A stretch of 12,661 bases of DNA, taken from Candidatus Sumerlaeia bacterium (GTDB lineage: Bacteria > Sumerlaeota > Sumerlaeia > SLMS01). The stretch is taken from contig JBBQYG010000121.1 of assembly GCA_038208905.1 (NCBI GenBank), forward strand, positions 1 to 12,661. The letters run 5' to 3'. The position numbers and the translations under genes were made by a program. Shown here in pieces: positions 6,376-12,661 of this stretch (positions are counted from its first letter, which is position 1; the number at the start of each line of letters is the position of its first letter). The notes below the pieces were generated by a model that did not search any database, was not told the DNA's origin, and saw nothing but the letters and a program-made list of their open reading frames with translations.

Positions 6376-7740
6376 ATGACGCTCCTGACCTACATGGCCA
6401 AGAACGCCTTTGGCAATCCGCGGCGCACGGCGCTGACGGGGCTGAGCCTTGCCGTGTCGCTGGCGCTGATCCTGGTGCTGCAAACGATCCTGCTGGAGAT
6501 CACCAAGCCGACGGGCCTGGACGAGAGCATCCCGCGCATCGTCGTGCGCCATCGCACGTCGCTGACGATGCAGTTGCCGCGCCCCTACGAGGCGAAGCTG
6601 CGCCGCCTTCCCGGCATCGTCGCCATCGTCCCGTTCAACTGGTTTGGCGGCGTCTGGAAGGACGACCGGTTCGAGAACTTCTTCCCGCGATTCGGCACGG
6701 AGCCGGAGAAGTACTTTCAGGTCTTTGTGGAGAACAGCCCCCGCGATCCCGCGATGCTGGCCGCGTGGAAGGCCACGAAGAACGGCTGCTTCGTGGGGGA
6801 CAAGCTGGCCGCGCGCCACGGCTTCAAGGTCGGCGACGACCTCATCATCAAGGGCGACATCTATCCCGTGGATTTGGAGCTGAAGGTCGTCGGCATCCTT
6901 GTGGGACCAAAGTGCGAGGAGTTGCTCTTCCGGCTCGACTACCTGGACGATCTCCTGGGCGAGACAACGCGCGCGGGGACGTATTTCGTGCTCGCGGACA
7001 GCGGCCCGCGGGTGGACGTGCTGCTCCCCGAAATGGAGGCGATGTTCCGCAACAGCGACGCCGAGGTGAAGGCGGAGACGGAGCAGTCCTTTGCGCTCTC
7101 CTTCGTGGAGATGCTGGGCAACATCAAGCTGTTCATCAATGCCCTGGTCACGGTGGTGGTGATCGCCGTGCTGATGATCGCGGCGAGCACGATGTCGCTG
7201 GCGATTCGAGAGCGCACGCGCGAGGTGGCGACGCTGAAGGCGGTGGGCTTCACGGGCGGCCACGTGATGTTCCTGATCGTGGGCGAGGGCATGGTGGTGT
7301 CCATGGTTGGTGGCGGGCTGGGCCTGTTGCTCGCGTGGTTTGTCCTGCCGGTTCCCAAGTATTTCATCTCCATCGGCGCCGGGATTCTGACGCTGGCGGT
7401 GATCGGGCTACCGCTGCTGCTGGTGTCGGTGCTGCTGCCAGAGACCGGACGCGGGTGGTACCGGCGGGGGCTGGCGCGGCTGCGTGCGGCGATCGAGGCG
7501 TATGGGCCGGGGCTATCCGTCTTTGCCGGCGTGATGGTCACGCTCCTGCTGTTGCAGGCGATGCCGAGCCAGGACTGGGTTGCGTTCAGCGGCGGCATGA
7601 TCCAGTCGATGACGGTCAGGCCGGAGACGATGTACCTTGGCGTGGCGATCACGCTGATCGTGGGGCTGGGAAGTTCCCTCTGGCCCGCGTGGAGCGCGTC
7701 GCGGCTGAGCGTGCTCGACGGCCTGAGGAACCAGGAATAG
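6376..7740 (+). CDS. ABC transporter permease, MacB/FtsX family (454 aa)
   Basis: N-terminal KN...NPRRTALT plus a TM helix, a large periplasmic domain, the IRERTREVATLKAVGF motif, and C-terminal PAW.ASRLS..DGLR. Confidence 0.92.
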   Translation: MTLLTYMAKNAFGNPRRTALTGLSLAVSLALILVLQTILLEITKPTGLDESIPRIVVRHRTSLTMQLPRPYEAKLRRLPGIVAIVPFNWFGGVWKDDRFENFFPRFGTEPEKYFQVFVENSPRDPAMLAAWKATKNGCFVGDKLAARHGFKVGDDLIIKGDIYPVDLELKVVGILVGPKCEELLFRLDYLDDLLGETTRAGTYFVLADSGPRVDVLLPEMEAMFRNSDAEVKAETEQSFALSFVEMLGNIKLFINALVTVVVIAVLMIAASTMSLAIRERTREVATLKAVGFTGGHVMFLIVGEGMVVSMVGGGLGLLLAWFVLPVPKYFISIGAGILTLAVIGLPLLLVSVLLPETGRGWYRRGLARLRAAIEAYGPGLSVFAGVMVTLLLLQAMPSQDWVAFSGGMIQSMTVRPETMYLGVAITLIVGLGSSLWPAWSASRLSVLDGLRNQE

Positions 7741-7743
7741 CCC

Positions 7744-8910
7744 ATGGCGATCCCGCTGAAATACAACCTGCGCCATGTGGCGCGCCGGTGGAAGACCACC
7801 TCGACGACGGTGCTCTCCATCGGCCTCGTCGTCGCGGTGTTCGTGTCGGTGTTGTCGCTGGCCAACGGATTGTCCCAGGCCTTCGTGGCGAGCGGCGATC
7901 CGCTCAATGTGCTGGTGCTGAGGAAGGGATCGACAGCGGAGACGAACTCCACCGTCCGGCGCGCGGACTACTACAGCGCGAAGTTCCTTCCCGGCATCGC
8001 GACGGGATCCGATGGGTTGCCGATGGTCGCGGTGGAGACGATCAACATCGCCAGCCTCGCCAAGCTTTCCGGCGGCAGCAGCAACGCCGCCATCCGCGGC
8101 ATCAGCCCCGCCAGCCTGACGATGCGCGCCGGCCTGACCCTGACAGAGGGCCGCATGGTGGCGCCGGGCCTCAACGAGTTGCTGGTGGGCGCCGGCGCGA
8201 CGACGCGCTTTAAGAACACCAAACTGGGCGACACGATCCGCCTGGTGAAGTCGAACTGGAAGGTGGTCGGCATCTTCGACGCTTCGCGGTCGTCCTTCGA
8301 TTCGGAATTCTGGGGAGACGTGGAACAGCTCAACCGCGAGTTTGACCGGAGCATGTACTCCTCGATGGTCCTTCGCGCCGTATCTCCGGAGGCCGTGGAG
8401 ATGCTGATCAACACCGTGGAGACGACGCAGAAGCTCTCCAACCTGAAGGCCCAGCGCGAGGTGGCCTACTACGCCGAGCAGACCAAGAGTTCCGCGCCGA
8501 TCCAGTTTCTGGGCGTGATGATTTCTGTCATCATGGCGGTGGGCGCCACGTTTGCGGCGATGAACGCGATGTATGCGTCGGTGGCGAGCCGCGCGTGGGA
8601 AATCGCCACGCTGCGCGTGCTCGGCTTCTCCCGCGGCAGCATCCTGCTGTCGTTCTCGCTGGAGGCGCTCGCCATCGGATTCCTCGGCGGCGTGATCGGC
8701 GGAATTCTCGCGCTGCCGATCAACGGCGTCACCACGGGGACGACGAACTACTCGTCCTTCAGCGAGATCGCCTTCGCGTTTCAGATCACCCCGGGGCTCC
8801 TGGTCTCGGGCGTTGTCTTTGCCTCGATCATCGGGGTGGTGGGCGGGTTTCTTCCCGCGCTCCAGGCCTCGCGCATTCCCATCATCGACGGATTGAAGTC
8901 GGGATCATAA
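7744..8910 (+). CDS. ABC transporter permease, MacB/FtsX family (388 aa)
   Basis: MAIPLKYNLR..RR..T.....IGLVVAVFV, periplasmic domain, MYASVASR..EIATLRVLGF, PA..ASR.PI..GL. It starts 3 nt after the previous stop. Confidence 0.93.
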   Translation: MAIPLKYNLRHVARRWKTTSTTVLSIGLVVAVFVSVLSLANGLSQAFVASGDPLNVLVLRKGSTAETNSTVRRADYYSAKFLPGIATGSDGLPMVAVETINIASLAKLSGGSSNAAIRGISPASLTMRAGLTLTEGRMVAPGLNELLVGAGATTRFKNTKLGDTIRLVKSNWKVVGIFDASRSSFDSEFWGDVEQLNREFDRSMYSSMVLRAVSPEAVEMLINTVETTQKLSNLKAQREVAYYAEQTKSSAPIQFLGVMISVIMAVGATFAAMNAMYASVASRAWEIATLRVLGFSRGSILLSFSLEALAIGFLGGVIGGILALPINGVTTGTTNYSSFSEIAFAFQITPGLLVSGVVFASIIGVVGGFLPALQASRIPIIDGLKSGS

Positions 8911-8921
8911 CGGAGAAGACC

Positions 8922-10040
8922 ATGACAACAGAGGGCAAAACCGACGAGCGCCTGGAGTCGCTGCGCATCGACCCGGAGCGCAAGCTCCCCCGGCGGCGGC
9001 GCGGCACGCTGTTCTTCGCGCTGCTGGCCGGCATCCCGATCGGGTTCGCGATTTCGCTCGCCGTTCCCGGCGCCAAGCCCGCCGCGACCGAGGCAGAGAA
9101 GGCGGCGGCGGCCACCCCGCCCGCACCCGCGGAGCCCAAGGCCGGCGACACGATCCTGACCGCGAGCGGCTATGTGACGCCGCGTCGCCGCATCGCCCTC
9201 AGCCCACAGGTCAACGGACAGGTGGAATGGGTCGGCGTGGAGAAGGGCCAGAGCGTGGAGGAAGGCCAGGAACTCGTCCGCCTGGACGACGACGCCTATG
9301 TGGCGCAGGAGAAGCAGGCCGCCGCGCTGGCCGCCGTCGCCAAGGCGCGGCTGGACCTGCTGCTGGCGGGAACGCGGGCGGAGGACATCGCCGCGGCCCG
9401 CGCCCGCGTGGCGGAGCAGGAGGCGCTGATCGCGCAGGCCAAGCGCACGCTCGACCGCGCCCGCCTCGCTTCGGAACTCGGCGCCAGCGACATGCAGAGC
9501 CTCGACGATGCCATCGGCGCCCAGGAATCGGGCCAGGCCCGCCTTGCCGCCGCACAGGCCGAACTCGAACGCGCCATCGCCGGTTCCCGCACCGAGGAAG
9601 TCGCCGCCGCGCGCGCAGAACTCCAGAGCGCCGAGGCCAACGCGGAGTTCCTCGCGATCCAGCGCGGATATACGGTGATCAAGGCGCCGTCCAACGGGAC
9701 CATCCTCGAGAAGCTCATCGAGGTCGGCGACCTCGTCAGCCCCCAGAACTTCGGCGGTAGCCGCGGCGCGCGGACGGAGCTGCTCTCCATCGCCGACCTC
9801 GGCGAGCTTCAGGTGGAGGTCGATATCAACGAGGCCGACTTCCAGAAGATCCGCATGGGCAATCCGGCCAAGGTGGTTCTCGACGCCTATCCCGACCGTA
9901 TCTACGACGCCTCCATCCGCGAAATCGCCCCCGAGGCCAATCGCGAGAAGGCCACCATCCAGGCCAAGGTCGCCATCAAGACCCCCGACGAATTCATCCG
10001 CCCGGAGATGAGCGCGCGCGTGGATTTCGTGCTGGAGTAG
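8922..10040 (+). CDS. Efflux membrane fusion protein / periplasmic adaptor (HlyD/MacA-like, 372 aa)
   Basis: GGAG at 8912-8915 and ATG at 8922. L.SLRID, a basic stretch and a TM anchor, then LTASGYV, lipoyl half G.V..V.VEKGQ.V..GQ.LV.LD, an Ala-rich alpha-hairpin, IKAP..G.I, VEVDINEAD and RPEMSARV.F. Confidence 0.93.
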   Translation: MTTEGKTDERLESLRIDPERKLPRRRRGTLFFALLAGIPIGFAISLAVPGAKPAATEAEKAAAATPPAPAEPKAGDTILTASGYVTPRRRIALSPQVNGQVEWVGVEKGQSVEEGQELVRLDDDAYVAQEKQAAALAAVAKARLDLLLAGTRAEDIAAARARVAEQEALIAQAKRTLDRARLASELGASDMQSLDDAIGAQESGQARLAAAQAELERAIAGSRTEEVAAARAELQSAEANAEFLAIQRGYTVIKAPSNGTILEKLIEVGDLVSPQNFGGSRGARTELLSIADLGELQVEVDINEADFQKIRMGNPAKVVLDAYPDRIYDASIREIAPEANREKATIQAKVAIKTPDEFIRPEMSARVDFVLE

Positions 10041-10089
10041 TGCCGGCCAAGGTGGCGTGGGTATCGTGTTTTTTCCGTAGCCCATCTTC

Positions 10090-10163
10090 TGGACGGGATG
10101 GACTTGATGAACGTCCATCGTATCCATGCAGTCCGTATGGTCCATCGAGTCGACCTAATCGAC
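10090..10163. repeat. Head-to-head 9-nt periodic array with ATGGAC/GTCCAT core
   Basis: TGGACGGGA TGGACTTGA TGAAC | GTCCATCGT ATCCATGCA GTCCGTATG GTCCATCGA GTCGACCTA ATCGAC. Confidence 0.75.
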
Positions 10164-10203
10164 GCGGCGCCCTTTCCACCGGGGAAAGGGCGCCGCGATT
10201 TTT
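10163..10203 (+). terminator. Intrinsic terminator of the ABC operon (the hairpin may also serve the convergent gene)
   Basis: Perfect 15-bp stem CGCGGCGCCCTTTCC / GGAAAGGGCGCCGCG (10163-10177 / 10183-10197) with a 5-nt loop, followed by ATTTTT. It lies between convergent genes. Confidence 0.85.
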
Positions 10204-10224
10204 ACTGCGATGCCCGCGTGGGGG

Positions 10225-12123
10225 TTAGTCGTTCAGGAGCTGCCACCCGGCGACCGAGGATGCGCCGACGTTGTAGCTCTCGTCCGTCGAGGGCTCCGTG
10301 GAGGAAAGGGCGTTGTTGGGGAAGTCAACGACGTCCTGGGCTCCGGCGATGTCCAGGCCGAGGGTGCCGCTTCCGCCGACGCCGCTGAGCGAGACGGTGA
10401 AGGTCGTCGGGTTGACGAAGGAGACGGCGTCGATGGTTCCGGTGGCGCCAGTCGCGTTCACCGCGAAATCGGCGACGCCGACGTTCTTGACGGGCTCGCT
10501 GAAGGTGACAGTGAAGTTGACGGAGGTTGCGACGGTGGGATTGGCATCGGCGCGGACGATGGAGGCGACGGCGGGGACAGTGATGTCGTCCACGTTGGGG
10601 GCTCCGGGGGTGCCGTCGAGGCCGCTGGCGCGCCAGTTGGCGGGGAGCGTGTTGTCCACCACGGCGGGATCGCCGACGAGTATCACGGAGGAGCCGGTGT
10701 CATTGACGGCGGGCCAGCCGCCCGTGCCGTTGAGGTAGGCGACGCTGTCGATGACGGCGCTGGCGTCGTTCTTGACGACGAAGCTGTCTCCGGTGCCGCC
10801 AAGGCCGAACGTGTAGTTTACCACGGGGGCCGCGCCGGAGGACGTGGTCCACGGCGTGTAGGTCGTGTAGGTGGCCGCGGGGTTCGCGAAGATCACGTAG
10901 CCGTTGGCGGCGATGATTGTGCCGAAGGGAACGGCCACGTTGCGAACGCTGCTATCGTCGAGCAGGAAGTAGCTGATGTTCTTGGGGGTGCCGGTCAGGT
11001 TGCGCACCTCGACGAACTCGGCGTTGGCCTGGCTGTAGGGGGCGGTGGTGAGGGGGCCAAACATGATCTCGGTGATGGCGATCTCGCCGACGGCGGGGCG
11101 GTTGTTGTTCACGAAGAGGGGGAACGGGCTCGACGAAGTGCCCAGCGTTCCGATAGCGCTGTCGTCGTCGGTGGCCTCGATGTAGTACTCCACCAGGTCG
11201 GTGTCGGCAAAGGTGCCAAGGTTGAGCGAGTAAGTCGGCGCGGCGCCAAGCACCATCGCCGTGCTTGTATATCCGCCGCCATTCACGCGGCGGAACAGGT
11301 CCACGGAGGAGATGGTGCCGTCGGAGTCGGTCACATCAACACTGACCGTGATCGCGTTGGCGGAGGTCGCCGTTGCGGGTGAGACAACGCGGTTGACGAG
11401 CGCGGGGGCCAGATTGCTAGCCAAGGAGAAGATGCCGATGGTGCTGGAATTGGCCGTTGCGCTGGTGAACCGAACCACCGAGGAGGCATTGGCGATAGCG
11501 CCGTTGCGCTGAAGGCTGTTGCTAGATGCCGCCTCCGCCGGGGTGGCGACTTCCACGGTGCTGGCCGCGATGGGGGCATAGGGAACTGCGCCATAGTTCA
11601 TCCCGTCGATACAGTGCGCGGTGTTGCTGATGCCCACGCTGGCGGTAAAGGTGCCGGAGGGAATGTATAGGGTGGCGTTGTCGCTCGTTCCGCCGAGCGA
11701 GATGCTGCCGCTCGTGCCGCCACCCGCGACGGCAAAGTCGGCCATCGCAGTGATCGAATTGCCGTTTGCGGCGGTCCATGCAGCGGGGGAGCGAGCTGGA
11801 TCGTGAAAAACGCGCACGCCTGCGGGGAGTGAATCCAGCCAAGTCGGTTCGAGTGCGGAAGTATTGACGGCAATGATGACCACTTCCCCCGGCGCCAGCG
11901 TCGTGGCGGCAGGAAACTTCACGGCCCCCTCGGTGTTGTTGTTGTCCTCGTCCGCCACAATAACTCCCGAGACATCGATGATCGAGCCGGTCGTGTTGCA
12001 GATCTCGATCAACTCGTTTTCGGTCGGCGTGGAAATCACCTCGGTTATATAGAGACCCGCATACTGTGCGCCTGCGAGCGCCGGGGCGGCCGCAAGGAGC
12101 ATTGCCATGCTAATTTTCTTCAT
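10225..12123 (-). CDS. Secreted lamin-tail-domain (LTD) and Ig-like domain protein (632 aa)
   Basis: Signal peptide MKKISMAMLLAAAPALAGA with AAGGA upstream. Two LTD-like segments (LYITEV...ELIEICN.T...IDVSG...D and IAITEIM...EFVEVRN.T...NIS...L.D...GTPGAPN). An Ig-like segment (APAL...V.VTDSDG...VEYYIEATD), a Big-like segment (NFTVTFSEPV..V...DF), and a C-terminal SSVAGWQLLND. Confidence 0.85.
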   Translation of the reverse strand: MKKISMAMLLAAAPALAGAQYAGLYITEVISTPTENELIEICNTTGSIIDVSGVIVADEDNNNTEGAVKFPAATTLAPGEVVIIAVNTSALEPTWLDSLPAGVRVFHDPARSPAAWTAANGNSITAMADFAVAGGGTSGSISLGGTSDNATLYIPSGTFTASVGISNTAHCIDGMNYGAVPYAPIAASTVEVATPAEAASSNSLQRNGAIANASSVVRFTSATANSSTIGIFSLASNLAPALVNRVVSPATATSANAITVSVDVTDSDGTISSVDLFRRVNGGGYTSTAMVLGAAPTYSLNLGTFADTDLVEYYIEATDDDSAIGTLGTSSSPFPLFVNNNRPAVGEIAITEIMFGPLTTAPYSQANAEFVEVRNLTGTPKNISYFLLDDSSVRNVAVPFGTIIAANGYVIFANPAATYTTYTPWTTSSGAAPVVNYTFGLGGTGDSFVVKNDASAVIDSVAYLNGTGGWPAVNDTGSSVILVGDPAVVDNTLPANWRASGLDGTPGAPNVDDITVPAVASIVRADANPTVATSVNFTVTFSEPVKNVGVADFAVNATGATGTIDAVSFVNPTTFTVSLSGVGGSGTLGLDIAGAQDVVDFPNNALSSTEPSTDESYNVGASSVAGWQLLND

Positions 12124-12214
12124 CGTGTTCAATCCTTGGCTGGTTTGACTGAAATTCGACGGATACTTACCGCTCCGGCCTTCGGTGTCGCGTGACAAAG
12201 GCGGGGCAAATTGG

Positions 12215-12661
12215 CTACGGCGGGGCCGGCGCAGGTGGTTCGCTGAGGAGTGCGGTATCGAAAACGCCGCACAGCCTCTCTGCAATCGACTTTCGCTCGT
12301 ATTTCGCAAGTGCGGGGTTGGGCGGCAGGACGCGGCGGCCTTCGCGGTTCCAGCGGGTAAGTTCCGCGCGCAGAATCCGCGCAACCGCCGCGCTGTCGGT
12401 CGGGGGGGCGATGGGGCCCTCGTCGATCTCGTGAAGGAAATCGCGCGCCGCGCCCTCGGGGACCAGGCCGATCACCGGGCGGCGGGCGGCGGCGTACTCG
12501 AAGACCTTCTGCGTCAGCATGATGTGGCTTCCCTTCTCGGGGGAGACAATCAGCAGCAGCGCGTCGGCGTCGGCCATCGCCTGAAGGGCCTCTCCGTGGG
12601 CGAGGTAGGGATCGACGCGCGTGATGTCCGCGAGGCCGAAGCGGTCGATCATCGCGCGATA
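12215..12661 (-). CDS. Glycosyltransferase family 4 (GT-B) protein, C-terminal part; 5' end lies outside the window
   Basis: Y..H.EAL..MADADALLL ... KVFEY.AA.RPVI matches the GT4 C-terminal domain. The frame stays open to the window edge. Confidence 0.8.
   Translation of the reverse strand, partial: YRAMIDRFGLADITRVDPYLAHGEALQAMADADALLLIVSPEKGSHIMLTQKVFEYAAARRPVIGLVPEGAARDFLHEIDEGPIAPPTDSAAVARILRAELTRWNREGRRVLPPNPALAKYERKSIAERLCGVFDTALLSEPPAPAPP

Noticed and set aside
8595..8921. Upstream extension of the membrane fusion protein ORF
   Set aside because: It overlaps permease 2, and there is a good SD plus ATG at 8922.
2239..11382. Long alternative-frame and antisense ORFs (2239..3660, 2950..4203, 3597..5312, 6262..7263, 6765..8213, 6939..7952, 8781..10145, 10210..11382)
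   Set aside because: These are shadow ORFs expected in high-GC coding DNA. They overlap well-supported genes, are often Arg/Gly/Pro-rich and show no recognisable motifs.
12124..12384. Upstream extension of the LTD protein ORF
   Set aside because: It overlaps the glycosyltransferase. The signal peptide and SD indicate a start at 12123.

Overview
High-GC bacterial chromosomal window of mostly housekeeping and envelope genes. It is tentatively from Candidatus Sumerlaeota (BRC1); this is inferred from my recollection of the pilin-like protein's YDPTNG..GDI tail and the SSVxxW C-terminus of a secreted protein, not from a database search. Gene order: DUF1579-like protein translationally coupled to a prepilin/pseudopilin-like protein (+); thioredoxin-like [2Fe-2S] ferredoxin (-); polytopic membrane protein (+); DUF2284-like Cys-rich protein and recF (-); a MacAB/FtsX-type ABC exporter operon (ATPase, two permeases, membrane fusion protein; +); a secreted lamin-tail/Ig-domain protein (-); and the 3' part of a GT4 glycosyltransferase (-). 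The most unusual signal is non-coding. Four intergenic regions carry degenerate 7-nt and 9-nt periodic repeat arrays, some arranged as inverted arms, and one repeat family brackets the DUF2284-recF operon. There is also a nested GTAG-type REP doublet (REPIN-like). No CRISPR array, rRNA, tRNA or transposase gene was seen.
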